Below are positions 27,484 through 37,915 of a DNA stretch of 64,000 nucleotides, piece after piece. This stretch comes from an uncultured delta proteobacterium (GTDB lineage: Bacteria; Desulfobacterota; Syntrophorhabdia; Syntrophorhabdales; WCHB1-27), in the NCBI GenBank assembly GCA_963729685.1, contig CAVSOX010000018.1:80521-144520 (forward strand). The letters run 5' to 3'. Positions within the stretch are counted from its first letter, which is position 1, and each line of letters begins with the position of its first letter. The notes under the pieces were generated by a model. That model worked only from the letters and a program-made list of their open reading frames with translations. It had not been told where the DNA came from and searched no databases. Made by a program: the position numbers and the translations under genes.

Positions 27484-29925
27484 ATGACGGTAAAACTCGG
27501 ACCCGACGACCTTTACAAAACGTGCGACCCTGAGCAGTTCAGTTTCACCACTACCGACGACGTAGCGACGCAGGTCGGAATAATAGGGCAGGAAAAGGCC
27601 CTGAGGTCCCTCGATTTCGGCCTCGATATCGATGCGAAAGGGTTCAATATCTTTGCGCTCGGGGAAACCGGCACCGGGAAAACGACGACCATCACCGCGA
27701 TGCTGAAGGAAAAGGCGGAAGGCGAAACAGTGCCGCCGGACTGGTGCTATGTCTATAACTTCAAGGACCCGGACCTCCCCACCGCAGTCTCGCTTGAGCC
27801 GGGAAGGGGCAGGGTCCTGCGGAAAGATATGGAGGAGCTGATCAAGGCGCTGAGGGTGGACATACCAAAGGCCTTCGAATCGAAAGAATATGAAAAGCAG
27901 AAGAACCAGATAGTGGAAGAGTTTCAGCGGAAGCAGAGCGAGCTCTTCTCAAAGCTGGAGGAGGAGGCGAAGCAAAAGGGGTTTTCGATAAAGAGAGGGG
28001 TTTCCGGGATCATGATCCTTCCGCTGAAGGATGAGACCGAGGCCCTTACACCGGAGGAGTACGGCAAGCTCGACGAGAAGACGAAGAAGGAGATGGAGAA
28101 GGCCGGCAGGCTCTTGCAGGAGAGGCTGAACGAGGTCTTCAGGGCAATGAGGGACACGGAGAAGTTTGTCCAGGAAATGCTCAACAAGCTGGAGCGCGCC
28201 ATTGCCTTCGACGCGCTGCACGCGCCCATAGAGAACCTGAAGGGCAAGTATAAGGGGAACGAGAAGATCCTCGCCTACCTGGAGAACGTGCGGGAGGATA
28301 TCCTGAGCCATCTTGACGAGTTCAAAGCGCAGGAGGAGCAGCCGTCCCCTCTGCCTTTCCTCAAGATGCCGAAACAGGAGGCATCCTTTACGAGGTTTGT
28401 CGTCAACGTGATCGTCGACAACACGGACACCAAAGGCGCGCCCGTCGTCTTCGAAAGCAACCCCACCTACCTGAACCTCTTCGGAAGAATAGAGAACAGG
28501 ATCATGTACGGGATGGCCGTCACCGATTTTTCGATGATCAAGGCCGGCTCGGTCCACAGGGCGAACGGCGGCTACCTTATCGTCGACGCCCTCGACCTGC
28601 TGCGAAACCAGTTCTCCTATGAAGCCCTGAAAAGGGCGATCAAGAACCAGGAAATAAAGATCGAGGACGTGCTGGAGCAGTACCGGTTCTTCAGCACGAC
28701 CACCATCAAGCCCGAATCGATACCTCTGGCCACCAAGGTTGTCGTCAAGGGCCCCCCCAACATCTATTACCTGCTCTATAACCTCGACCCGGAATACAGC
28801 GAGCTGTTCAAGGTGAAGGCCGACTTCGACAGCAGGATGGACAGGACGCCCGAGAACGTGCGGAAGTATGCCCAGGCAATCGCCGAGTGCCAGAAGGCGG
28901 ACAAGCTCATGCCCTTCGACCGGTCGGGTGTTGCCAGGCTGATCGAGCAGGGGTCGAGGCTCGCCGACCATCAGGGGAAGCTGACGACGCGGCTTTCCAG
29001 CCTTACCGATCTCATGAAAGAGGCGAACTACTGGGCGCGGAAGGACGGCGCGAATTTCGTGAGGGCCGACCATGTGACCCAGGCGATCAATGAGTATGTC
29101 TATCGCGCCAACAGGATCGAAGAGAGGCTGAGGGAGGCGACGCTGGAGGACACGCTCATTATCGATACGACGGGGGAAAAGGTGGGGCAGGTGAACGGCC
29201 TCGCCGTGCTCGACATGGGCGACTACAGCTTCGGCAAACCCTCGCGCATCACGACGAGGACGTACGTGGGGAAGGCGGGCATCGTCAACATAGAGCGCGA
29301 GACGAAGATGAGCGGCAAGATCCACGAAAAGGCCATATTCATCATCACGAGCTACCTTGGGGCCAAGTATGCTGCAAGCAAGCCCATCAGCTTGTCTGCG
29401 TGGATCACCTTCGAGCAGCTTTACGACATGATAGAGGGCGACAGCGCGACATGCGCCGAGATGTACACCCTGCTTTCCAGCATTTCCGGCGTCCCCCTGA
29501 AGCAAAGCTTCGCCGTGACCGGCTCCATGGACCAGAACGGCGACGTGCAGCCCATCGGGGGGGTCAATCAAAAGATCGAAGGGTTCTTCGACCTCTGCAA
29601 GAGCAGGGGGCTGGACGGAAGCCACGGGGTGATCATCCCGCAGAGAAATGTGAAACACCTGATGCTCAAGCATGAGGTGGTCGATGCGCTCAAGGACGGC
29701 CTCTTCACGATCTTCTCCATAGACATGATGGAAGAGGGGCTGGAGATACTGACCGGCATGTCCGCGGGCGCCCCGGGGCCCGACGGGACGTATCCGGAGA
29801 ATACCATCAACAACCTGATCATGAAAAGGCTTACCGAGATATCGCAGGCCCTCGAAGCCAAGAAGGAGAAAGAAGAGGAGCCCTCGGGGATCGAGCCTAA
29901 GTCGGGCCGCGACGCGAAGGAATAG
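27484..29925 (+). CDS. Lon-like (LonC-type) AAA+ protease with a coiled-coil insertion
   Basis: ATG at 27484 within ORF 27355..29925. Walker A GETGTGKTT. Long K/E-rich helical insert. C-terminal Lon protease domain with GDSATCAEM (Ser) and GGVNQKIEG (Lys). Confidence 0.8.
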   Translation: MTVKLGPDDLYKTCDPEQFSFTTTDDVATQVGIIGQEKALRSLDFGLDIDAKGFNIFALGETGTGKTTTITAMLKEKAEGETVPPDWCYVYNFKDPDLPTAVSLEPGRGRVLRKDMEELIKALRVDIPKAFESKEYEKQKNQIVEEFQRKQSELFSKLEEEAKQKGFSIKRGVSGIMILPLKDETEALTPEEYGKLDEKTKKEMEKAGRLLQERLNEVFRAMRDTEKFVQEMLNKLERAIAFDALHAPIENLKGKYKGNEKILAYLENVREDILSHLDEFKAQEEQPSPLPFLKMPKQEASFTRFVVNVIVDNTDTKGAPVVFESNPTYLNLFGRIENRIMYGMAVTDFSMIKAGSVHRANGGYLIVDALDLLRNQFSYEALKRAIKNQEIKIEDVLEQYRFFSTTTIKPESIPLATKVVVKGPPNIYYLLYNLDPEYSELFKVKADFDSRMDRTPENVRKYAQAIAECQKADKLMPFDRSGVARLIEQGSRLADHQGKLTTRLSSLTDLMKEANYWARKDGANFVRADHVTQAINEYVYRANRIEERLREATLEDTLIIDTTGEKVGQVNGLAVLDMGDYSFGKPSRITTRTYVGKAGIVNIERETKMSGKIHEKAIFIITSYLGAKYAASKPISLSAWITFEQLYDMIEGDSATCAEMYTLLSSISGVPLKQSFAVTGSMDQNGDVQPIGGVNQKIEGFFDLCKSRGLDGSHGVIIPQRNVKHLMLKHEVVDALKDGLFTIFSIDMMEEGLEILTGMSAGAPGPDGTYPENTINNLIMKRLTEISQALEAKKEKEEEPSGIEPKSGRDAKE

Positions 29926-29998
29926 CACAAGGTCTCTCGCCTCTCCACCGTGGAATGGGAAATCATGAAGCTCCACGGATAGGGTCCTTATCGCGCTT

Positions 29999-30610
29999 TC
30001 AAAGCTGCGCCCCCTTCACTATCCCGGAGAGGAACCGTGAGGCGTCCCTGAACTCGCCCGTCCATAAGAAGAACCGCTCAGCCGACCCGGGGCCGCTAGC
30101 CTTTACCGCCATAAACATCGGCGTGCCCGGTATGGCGATGCCTTTCGTGATGCTCCTCCCCTTATCCGCAAACAGGGGAAAAGGCACGTGGAACCGCTCT
30201 TTGAACGATCGTACTTCGGAAAGGCTGTCTCCCACGCCGATGCCGATTATCTTTATCCGCCCGCGGAGGTCCGCCCGCCCTTCTATCTCGTTATATACCT
30301 CCTTCATCCTGGGGGCCATAGCCCGGCAATGGGAGCAAGAGAAGTCAAAGAACTCGATGATAAGGACGGGGGCGTCGATGTCGGTGGTCTTGAAGGCGCC
30401 TCCCCCGGTGACGCCGAGGTAGCTCCTGTCCGATGCGGCATCAGGCGCGGGAAGGCTGAGGGCCGGCATGCTCAGGCGCTCGGTCGAAGGCTGGGCGGGT
30501 TTTCCGGAAAAACCGCCGGGCAGGAACGCGCGCATGAGCAAGCCGCCCAGGAGGAGCAGGACCAGGAGGGAGAGGAGAACGACCAGCTTTACTGTCTCTT
30601 TTTTCATCAC
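29999..30610 (-). CDS. thioredoxin-fold (TlpA/redoxin-like) exported thiol-disulfide oxidoreductase
   Basis: Signal/anchor MMKKETVKLVVLLSLLVLLLLGG. CxxC motif FDFSCSHC. GTPMFM cis-Pro region. Confidence 0.75.
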   Translation of the reverse strand: MMKKETVKLVVLLSLLVLLLLGGLLMRAFLPGGFSGKPAQPSTERLSMPALSLPAPDAASDRSYLGVTGGGAFKTTDIDAPVLIIEFFDFSCSHCRAMAPRMKEVYNEIEGRADLRGRIKIIGIGVGDSLSEVRSFKERFHVPFPLFADKGRSITKGIAIPGTPMFMAVKASGPGSAERFFLWTGEFRDASRFLSGIVKGAQL

Positions 30611-30773
30611 CTGTTTCCCTGAAAGCGCCGGCTACGTCTTGCAACGCCTCAACAATATAACCCTGCGGCCTCACCGGGGCAACCCCCAAACCGGCTCGTG
30701 AGCACGCCGGGGGCTTTACTACCGGGGCACGATTGGGTTAACCTTAAAGAAAAAAGAAAGGTACCCGGACTAT

Positions 30774-32849
30774 ATGGACCATAGAGACATGGAGAAGATG
30801 TTTTTTCCGGAAAGCGTTGTCGTGTGCGGCGTTTCCGAAGGCGCCGGCAATCTCGGAAGGGAGATCCTGAAGAACCTGAACCGCTTCGCCTACACCGGGC
30901 GGGTGTACGGGCTCGGACGCGCTGCCATGGAGCTGGAGGGGGTGAGGATCTTTACGGCCCTGGAAGAGATCCCCGAGGTACCGGAGCTTGCCGTGGTTCT
31001 CGTCCCTGCGGGGGCGGTTGTCGCCCTCCTCGACGCGTGCGGGAGGATCGGCATACGCAGCGTGGTGATACAGACAGGCGGTTTTTCCGAATTCGGGGCA
31101 GAGGGGAAAGGCGTGGAGGACGAGATCAGGCGGGTGGCCCGGGAGAGGGACATCACCTGCATGGGTCCCAACTGCGTCGGCATCATCAACATGGAAAACG
31201 GCCTGATCATGCCGTTTTTCGCTTTCAGCCCGGCGGAGATAACGAGGGGCGCCAACTCTTTCATTTCCCAGAGCGGCGGGCTCATCCACGAGCTGATGCG
31301 GCGGTGCCTGTCGGAGAACGTAGGGATCAGCAAGCTCGTCAGCATAGGGAACAAGCTGATGGTGGACGGGAACGACGTCCTCGATTTCCTCATCGCAGAC
31401 CCGGAGACAAGGGCGATCGGGATCTATCTCGAAGACGCGAAGAACGGAAGGCGTCTCATGGACCTCGCGTCAGGGTGTGAAAAACCCGTCATCGTGCTCA
31501 AGGGCAATACGAGCCCGGCGAGCACGCAGGTTGCCTCGTTCCACACCGCGGCCCTCCTCGGAGACGTTGGGGTCCTCCACGCGGCCTTGATGCAGGCGGG
31601 GATCCACCGGGTCGAGAACCTGCGGGAGATGGTCGATTGTTTCAAGATCTTCAGCCTCCCCCCGATGAGAGGCCCGAACCTCGTCGCCATGTCGCGCTCG
31701 GGCGGCCAGGCCGTCACGCTCGCGGACGAGGCGTACCGGCACGGGTTCACGCTGCCGGCCCTGCCGCCCGCTTTCTCCCGGCGCATCCGGGAAGAGGCCA
31801 AGGCAGGGGTCATCAGGAACACGAACCCTCTCGACCTGGGAGATGTGTTCAACGAGCTTTTTTTCCTGGAAGTGGCCGAGATGGCGCTGAAAGAGCCCTC
31901 CGTGGACGGACTCGTCTTCTTCTATGACTACGCCTTCGACAAGCCGGGGACCTACGATATGATCACGGGCATGGAGCGTCTCTCCCATGCCTACGAAAAG
32001 CCTGCGCTCCTCTGCATGGTACCCGACAGGGTCGACTGGTTCGCGCTGAAGTACTTTGCGCCCTTCCCGTGGTTCTCCGAGCCGGAGCGCGCCTTGTCCG
32101 CCCTTCGGCGTTCCCTGGCCCATTACATGAAGAAGGCGGGGGAGGGCCGGGCCGTATCGTTCGCTCCGATCGACGGAGCACCCGCCTCCGATGCGACCGG
32201 CCCTTCCCGCATCGCGTCCGCGGCGGAGACGCTCGGCCTCATGCGGGCCTACGGCGTGCCGGTCGGCCGGCAGGAGCTGGTGACCGACCGGGCACAGGGC
32301 AACGAAGCTGCCCGCAGGATAGGATACCCTGTTGCCCTGAAGGCCGCCGAACCCTTCATCCTCCATAAGACGGAGGCGGGCGCCGTCCGGCTGCATATCG
32401 GGAGCGACGAGGAGCTGGGCAAAGCCTTCGACGCCGTGGCGGCCGAGGTCTATCTGGTCCAGGCCATGGCCGGCGACGGCGTGGAAACGATCATCGGGGC
32501 GAAGAGGGACCCCGAGTTCGGTCCGGTCATCCTCTTCGGTCTCGGCGGCATCTTCGTCGAGGTCCTGAAGGATGTGACGATGCGGGTGGCGCCCATAGAC
32601 GAAGCGGAAGCACGCCGGATGATCGGCGAGATAAAAGGCGCGCCCCTGCTTGCGGGGGCGCGTGGGACTGCGCCCGCGGACAGGGAGGCCATCGTCGATG
32701 CCCTCGTCGGCGTCTCGCGGCTCCTTGTCGACCATGCGGAAATCCTGAGCCTCGATATCAACCCGTTCCGCGTTTTCACGGAAGGGAAAGGCGGCGCGGC
32801 CCTTGACGTGAAGATAGAGTGCGCCGGGGCAGCGCCGGGAGTTTCATGA
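30774..32849 (+). CDS. ADP-forming acetyl/acyl-CoA synthetase, fused alpha-beta form
   Basis: 691-aa ORF. CoA-binding N-terminus SVVVCGVSEGAGNLG, GPNCVGI, SQSGG. C-terminal ATP-grasp GYPVALKAAEPFILHKTEAGAV. Confidence 0.85.
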   Translation: MDHRDMEKMFFPESVVVCGVSEGAGNLGREILKNLNRFAYTGRVYGLGRAAMELEGVRIFTALEEIPEVPELAVVLVPAGAVVALLDACGRIGIRSVVIQTGGFSEFGAEGKGVEDEIRRVARERDITCMGPNCVGIINMENGLIMPFFAFSPAEITRGANSFISQSGGLIHELMRRCLSENVGISKLVSIGNKLMVDGNDVLDFLIADPETRAIGIYLEDAKNGRRLMDLASGCEKPVIVLKGNTSPASTQVASFHTAALLGDVGVLHAALMQAGIHRVENLREMVDCFKIFSLPPMRGPNLVAMSRSGGQAVTLADEAYRHGFTLPALPPAFSRRIREEAKAGVIRNTNPLDLGDVFNELFFLEVAEMALKEPSVDGLVFFYDYAFDKPGTYDMITGMERLSHAYEKPALLCMVPDRVDWFALKYFAPFPWFSEPERALSALRRSLAHYMKKAGEGRAVSFAPIDGAPASDATGPSRIASAAETLGLMRAYGVPVGRQELVTDRAQGNEAARRIGYPVALKAAEPFILHKTEAGAVRLHIGSDEELGKAFDAVAAEVYLVQAMAGDGVETIIGAKRDPEFGPVILFGLGGIFVEVLKDVTMRVAPIDEAEARRMIGEIKGAPLLAGARGTAPADREAIVDALVGVSRLLVDHAEILSLDINPFRVFTEGKGGAALDVKIECAGAAPGVS

Positions 32850-34999
32850 AAAGAAGGCGGATCCCTCTCTACCTCTTCGGTCTCGTGGTGCTCTCCCTGC
32901 TCTTCGTGGGGGTGGGCTTCTACGTCTTCCTCATCACGGAGATCCCTTCCGTCAAGGCCCTGAAGGACCTGACGAATAAGCCGGTGAGCAGCATTTACGG
33001 CATAAACGATCAGGTTGTCTACGTGGTGGTGCCCGATAACAAGATATCCGTGCCCTACAACAAGATCCCCAGGCACGTGCGGGAGGCCTTCCTCGCCGCC
33101 GAGGACGCGGAGTTTTTCACGCACACGGGCGTGGAGATCAAGAGCATTGTCAGGGCCCTCGTGATGAACGTGATCCACGGGAGGGTCGTTCAGGGCGGCA
33201 GCACGATCACGCAGCAGGTGATCAAGGCCCTGATACTCGGGCCGGAAAAGAGCATGATGAGGAAGGTGCGGGAGGCCATCCTTGCCCACAGGCTGGAGAC
33301 GTACCTGACGAAACAGGAGATCCTGAACGTCTATCTCAACAATATCTACATGGGGCAGGGGGTGTACGGGGTAGAAGCGGCGTCCCAGGTCTATTTCGGG
33401 CGGCACGTGTGGGAGATCAGCAGGTCGGAAGCGGCGCTTTTGGCGGGCATCGTGCAGGCCCCCGCGCGGTACACGCCCCGACGCCACCCGGGGCTCGCGA
33501 GGATGCGGCAGGTCTACGTGATAGACCAGTTGTGGAAAAAAGGCTTCATCGATCAAAAGAAGAAAGAGGCCATGCTGAAGGAGAGGACGCATTTGACCGA
33601 GGATGACGGCATATTCGCCGACACCTATTTCAAGAGCGCCGTCGTCAAGTACGTGGAAGAGAAGTACGGCCGGGGTATTTTCTCGAGGAAGGCCCTGAAG
33701 ATATATGCGACCGTCGATCCCGCGCTCCAGCGCGCCGCGGAGGTCGCGGTGAAAAAGGGGCTCGCGGCCTACGATGAGAGAGAGGGCGACTACAACGTCT
33801 CTTACCGCCTCGACAGGAAGAAGTGGGAAAGCTTCACGAAGTCGGCCGAGAGGGACCTCGCCCTCACCCCTTTAAGCCCTGGTCTGGCTTACAACCTCCT
33901 CGTTTCCGAGAGGGTCGCCGGGGGATACGCGGTCTACGCCGGCACGCACAAGGGCCTCATGAAAATGTCCGACTTCCCCTTCAAGCCGGGCGACGTGGTA
34001 AAGGCGCTATACGACGGGACCGACAAGAAGAAGACGCCCCTCTTTTCTCCTGTCAGGACCTCGGGCATCGAGGGCGCCCTCGTCTGCATGGACGTGAACA
34101 CGGGGTATCTCTATGCGGTGGTCGGGGGGCGGGAGTTCGAGAAGAGCCCTTACAACCGGGCCCTATCGGCAAAAGTGCAGCCGGGCTCCGCCTTCAAGCC
34201 CTTCATCTACCTGGCTGCCCTCGAAAAGGGCTATGACGTCAATTCGGTTATCCTGGACGAGCCGAAGACGTACGAGGGGGGCAATGGGAAGACATGGGTG
34301 CCGAAGAACTACGACGGCACGTACGCCGGCCCGATTACCCTGGCCGATGCCATCGCCCATTCGAAGAACGCGGCAACCGTGCGCCTCCTCGAAGAGGTGG
34401 GCGTCGCCCCGGTCAAGAGGGTCCTTTCGGACCTGGGCATCGACGAAGAGGTGGGAAACGACCTGTCGATCGCCCTCGGCACGTCGAACGTCACCCTCCT
34501 CGATCTCGTCAAAGGCTTCTCGGCCTTCGCGAACGGGGGTTTCAGGCTGAAACCGCTCATGCTGAGACGGATCGAGGACGGGCAGGGGAGCGTGCTGGAA
34601 GAGCACGGGCCGGAGAAGGTGGGCGTCATCGACGGTACTGTCGCGTACAAGATGAATCTCCTGTTGAAGGGGGTGACGACCTACGGCACCGGGAAGGCGG
34701 CGAGCAGGCTCGGATATCCCGTGGCGGGAAAAACGGGCACGACCAATAGCTTCTATGACGCCCTTTTCGTCGGGTATTCGCCCCATCTCTGCACGGGCGT
34801 CTGGGCGGGGTTCGACCAGCGCACATCCCTGGGCAAGGCGGAGAGCGGGGGCAGGGTGGCCCTCCCCATATGGATGAGGTTCATGGGATTAGCCCTGCAA
34901 AGGTTCCCCCCCGATGATTTTGCGCCGCCCGCCCCTCCCGCACCCGCACCGCCCCCCGAAACGCCCGCGCCCGCGCCGGGTGCGGGGCTCGACCTCTAG
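32846..34999 (+). CDS. mrcA: penicillin-binding protein 1A (bifunctional transglycosylase/transpeptidase)
   Basis: ATG at 32846 (ATGA overlap with the previous stop). GT51 motifs EDAEFFTHTG, GGSTITQQ, RKVRE. Transpeptidase SAFKP, SKN, KTGTT. Confidence 0.9.
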   Translation: MKRRRIPLYLFGLVVLSLLFVGVGFYVFLITEIPSVKALKDLTNKPVSSIYGINDQVVYVVVPDNKISVPYNKIPRHVREAFLAAEDAEFFTHTGVEIKSIVRALVMNVIHGRVVQGGSTITQQVIKALILGPEKSMMRKVREAILAHRLETYLTKQEILNVYLNNIYMGQGVYGVEAASQVYFGRHVWEISRSEAALLAGIVQAPARYTPRRHPGLARMRQVYVIDQLWKKGFIDQKKKEAMLKERTHLTEDDGIFADTYFKSAVVKYVEEKYGRGIFSRKALKIYATVDPALQRAAEVAVKKGLAAYDEREGDYNVSYRLDRKKWESFTKSAERDLALTPLSPGLAYNLLVSERVAGGYAVYAGTHKGLMKMSDFPFKPGDVVKALYDGTDKKKTPLFSPVRTSGIEGALVCMDVNTGYLYAVVGGREFEKSPYNRALSAKVQPGSAFKPFIYLAALEKGYDVNSVILDEPKTYEGGNGKTWVPKNYDGTYAGPITLADAIAHSKNAATVRLLEEVGVAPVKRVLSDLGIDEEVGNDLSIALGTSNVTLLDLVKGFSAFANGGFRLKPLMLRRIEDGQGSVLEEHGPEKVGVIDGTVAYKMNLLLKGVTTYGTGKAASRLGYPVAGKTGTTNSFYDALFVGYSPHLCTGVWAGFDQRTSLGKAESGGRVALPIWMRFMGLALQRFPPDDFAPPAPPAPAPPPETPAPAPGAGLDL

Positions 35000-35078
35000 G
35001 CCGGTCCCGCGCAAAAGGGCCGCCGGGTGCGGCGCTCACCGCTGCCTGTCCGTTTTCTATGGCGAACAAACGATGGGG

Positions 35079-35103
35079 AAAAGCAGCCGCCTGCTTTTTT
35101 TTC
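35079..35103 (+). terminator. rho-independent terminator after mrcA
   Basis: aaaagcag / ccgc / ctgctttt followed by a T run. A TTGACG hexamer (35104) follows, upstream of nuoA. Confidence 0.6.
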
Positions 35104-35174
35104 TTGACGGACGGAAAGAGGATGGGCGAAAATAGGCTTTCTCACATCGCTTCACGCTTGAGGGAATAAAAGAC

Positions 35175-35528
35175 GTGATCGAATATGTCGGGGTCCTGAT
35201 CATGGTCGGGTTTGCGGCGTTTATCGCCGTATTCATCGTCGGCGCGTCGTACATCCTGGGCAACAGGACCCGGGCAGCCGTGAAGCTCTCCCCTTACGAG
35301 TGCGGCATGGTGAGCAGGGGGCCGGCAAGGACGAGGATGACGATCCGCTACTATATCGTCGCCATGCTCTTTCTCGTTTTCGACCTGGAGATACTCTTTC
35401 TCTATCCCTGGGCGGTGACGACGAAGCGCCTCGGTCTCTTCGGTTTCGGTGAGATGGTCGTCTTCATGGCGATCCTCTTCATCGGCTACGTCTACGTATG
35501 GAAGAAAGGGGCCCTCGAATGGGAATAG
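35175..35528 (+). CDS. nuoA: NADH-quinone oxidoreductase subunit A
   Basis: ORF 35175..35528 (GTG). PYECG motif, three TM segments. Confidence 0.9.
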   Translation: MIEYVGVLIMVGFAAFIAVFIVGASYILGNRTRAAVKLSPYECGMVSRGPARTRMTIRYYIVAMLFLVFDLEILFLYPWAVTTKRLGLFGFGEMVVFMAILFIGYVYVWKKGALEWE

Positions 35529-36019
35529 AGCGGAACGTCCTCGTCACTACCGTCGATGACGTGGTCAACTGGGCCAGGAAGAACTCCCTGTGGCCGGTAA
35601 CGTTCGGCCTCGCCTGCTGCGCCCTGGAGATGATCATCGCCACGTCCGCCACCCACGACATGGCGCGGTTCGGGGCCGAGGTCTTCAGACCTTCCCCGCG
35701 CCAGGCCGACCTGATGATCGTGGCGGGGACGGTGACACGGAAGATGGCGCCCGTGGTGCGGAGGATCTACGAGCAGATGCCCGAGCCCAAGTGGGTGATC
35801 GCTTACGGCGCGTGCGCCACGAGCGGCGGCATATTCAAGACATACAGCGTGGTGCAGGGCGTGGACCGGATCGTGCCGGTCGACGTCTACATCCCCGGAT
35901 GTCCTCCCCGGCCGGAGAGCCTCATCGCCGGCCTGATAAAGCTCCAGGAAAAGATCGGGAAAGAGAGCATGCTGGACGAAGGCAGAAGGCTCGTCACCAT
36001 GCCGGGAAGCAAGGCATGA
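35519..36019 (+). CDS. nuoB: NADH-quinone oxidoreductase subunit B
   Basis: ATG at 35519 within ORF 35498..36019. [26 protein letters not shown] (N2 cluster ligands). Confidence 0.9.
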   Translation: MGIERNVLVTTVDDVVNWARKNSLWPVTFGLACCALEMIIATSATHDMARFGAEVFRPSPRQADLMIVAGTVTRKMAPVVRRIYEQMPEPKWVIAYGACATSGGIFKTYSVVQGVDRIVPVDVYIPGCPPRPESLIAGLIKLQEKIGKESMLDEGRRLVTMPGSKA

Positions 36020-36537
36020 GCGTGCCGGGTCCGACAATCGAGAAGCTCACCGCGACGTTCGGCGCCTCCCTCTCTTTCGAGCAGGCCGGCGGCAATCTTG
36101 TCGTCATCGCCGGCAAGGCCGTGCTGCGGGATGTCCTCCTTTTCCTGAAAACGGATGAAGGGCTGGGCTACACCATGATGACGGACCTTTTCGCCGTCGA
36201 TTGCTACGGCAGCGAACCCCGGTTCGAGGTGGTCTACCTCCTCAACTCCTTGCACCTGAAGGAGCGCCTCGTCGTCAAGGTGCGGGTGGCTGAGGGCGAG
36301 CCCGTCCCGACGGTGAGCGACCTGTGGCGGGCCGCGGACTGGCTTGAGCGGGAGGCTTTCGACATGTTCGGGGTGCGCTTCGAGAACCATCCCGACCTGC
36401 GCCGGATCCTCAGCGTGGAAGACTTCGAAGGCTACCCCTTGCGCAAGGATTTCCCCACCGAAGGCTACGGGTTCGAGGAGCCCTTCGTGGTCAAGCTCGA
36501 AGAAGAAGACTTACCGCCGAGGAAGGCTGATCGATAA
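36016..36537 (+). CDS. nuoC: NADH-quinone oxidoreductase subunit C
   Basis: ATG at 36016 (ATGA overlap). [24 protein letters not shown]. Confidence 0.9.
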   Translation: MSVPGPTIEKLTATFGASLSFEQAGGNLVVIAGKAVLRDVLLFLKTDEGLGYTMMTDLFAVDCYGSEPRFEVVYLLNSLHLKERLVVKVRVAEGEPVPTVSDLWRAADWLEREAFDMFGVRFENHPDLRRILSVEDFEGYPLRKDFPTEGYGFEEPFVVKLEEEDLPPRKADR

Positions 36538-37712
36538 TGGCTGAAGGCAAGAAATATATGACCATCAACATGGGTCCCCAGCACCCTGCCACGCACGGGG
36601 TGCTCAGGATCCTGCTTGAGTTGGACGGCGAGATCATCGTCAAGGCCACGCCCTTCATAGGGTACCTCCATCGCGGCGTGGAGAAGCTCGCCGAGGCCAG
36701 GACGTACCACCAGGCGCTCACCCTCACCGACAGGCTCGATTACACGAACGGCCTTTCGAACAACCTCGCTTACTGTCTCGCGGCCGAGAAGTTGTGCGGC
36801 TTGACAGTGCCGAAGCGCGGCCGGTATCTGCGCGTGATCCTCGCGGAATTGCAGCGGATCGCGGCCCACCTCATATGGATAGGCACGCACGCCCTCGACG
36901 TGGGGGCCATGACGCTGCTGTTCTATGCATTCCGCGAGCGCGAGACCATCCTGGACATCGTCGAGCACGTGACGGGCGCGCGGCTCACCCCGAGCTTCAT
37001 CAGGATAGGCGGCCTCGCCAAAGATATGCCGCCCGAGTTCGAGGGGATGGTCAAGGCCTTTGTCCGGGACTTCCCCCGGAGGGTGGACGAGTACGAGACG
37101 CTCCTCACGGATAATATCATCTGGCGCAAACGGACGACGAACGTTGCGCGCCTGTCGAAAGAAGACGCGATAAGCTACGGGGTGACGGGGCCGGTGCTCC
37201 GGGCCTCCGGCGTCTATTACGACGTGCGCAAGGCTTACCCCTATTCTTCGTACGAAGATTTCGAGTTCGAAGTCCCCATGGGTGAGAACGGCGACGTGTT
37301 CGACCGGTACGATGTGCGGGTGAGGGAGATGCGCCAGTCGAACCGGATCATCGCATCCGCCATCGACCGGCTGCCCGACGGGCCCATCAACGCGGACGCC
37401 CCCGCAATTGTGCCGCCGGAGAAGGACGAGGTGGAGCACGACATGGCCGCACTCATTCGCCATTTCAAGCTGATGGAAGAGGGGTTCCGCCCGCCCATCG
37501 GCGAGGCGTACGGGGCCGTGGAGTCGCCCAAGGGCGAGCTCGGTTTTTATCTCGTGAGCGACGGGACGAACAAGCCCCATCGGTTCCGCATACGCCCGCC
37601 TTCGTTTTTGAACCTCGGGGCCGTGCCGCGGATGATCGAGGGGCAGATGGTGGCGGATGTGATCGCGGCGATCGGGAGCGTCGACATCGTCCTCGGCGAG
37701 ATAGACAGGTAA
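36537..37712 (+). CDS. nuoD: NADH-quinone oxidoreductase subunit D
   Basis: ORF 36537..37712. NMGPQHPATHGVLR, GYLHRGVEKL, SVDIVLGEIDR. Confidence 0.9.
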   Translation: MAEGKKYMTINMGPQHPATHGVLRILLELDGEIIVKATPFIGYLHRGVEKLAEARTYHQALTLTDRLDYTNGLSNNLAYCLAAEKLCGLTVPKRGRYLRVILAELQRIAAHLIWIGTHALDVGAMTLLFYAFRERETILDIVEHVTGARLTPSFIRIGGLAKDMPPEFEGMVKAFVRDFPRRVDEYETLLTDNIIWRKRTTNVARLSKEDAISYGVTGPVLRASGVYYDVRKAYPYSSYEDFEFEVPMGENGDVFDRYDVRVREMRQSNRIIASAIDRLPDGPINADAPAIVPPEKDEVEHDMAALIRHFKLMEEGFRPPIGEAYGAVESPKGELGFYLVSDGTNKPHRFRIRPPSFLNLGAVPRMIEGQMVADVIAAIGSVDIVLGEIDR

Positions 37713-37714
37713 TG

Positions 37715-37811
37715 GCGAGCGTATGCGAAGCGCTGAGCGGGGAGGCCGGGGCACCCGCACCCGTTGGGTGTGGGTCGTAGCTTTGCTCATGGAGGGGGCG
37801 CTGAGCCCCAA
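37715..37811 (+). repeat. REP-like element, copy 2 (long form with a 32-nt internal insertion carrying its own hairpin)
   Basis: gcgagcgtatgcgaagcgctgagcggggaggc + cggggcacccgcacccgttgggtgtgggtcgt + agctttgctcatggagggggcgctgagccccaa. Confidence 0.8.
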
Positions 37812-37823
37812 TGAGTGCAGAAA

Positions 37824-37893
37824 GCGAGCGCATGCGAAGCGCTGAGCGGGGAGGCTCCATGAGCTTTGCTCATGGAGGGGGTGTTGAACCCCA
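37824..37893 (+). repeat. REP-like element, copy 3 (with the 18-nt leader gcgagcgcatgcgaagcg)
   Basis: gcgagcgcatgcgaagcgctgagcggggaggctccatgagctttgctcatggagggggtgttgaaccccaa. The stem is ctccatgagc/gctcatggag. Confidence 0.85.
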
Positions 37894-37915
37894 ATAATTG
37901 ACAGGTAGGAGACGC

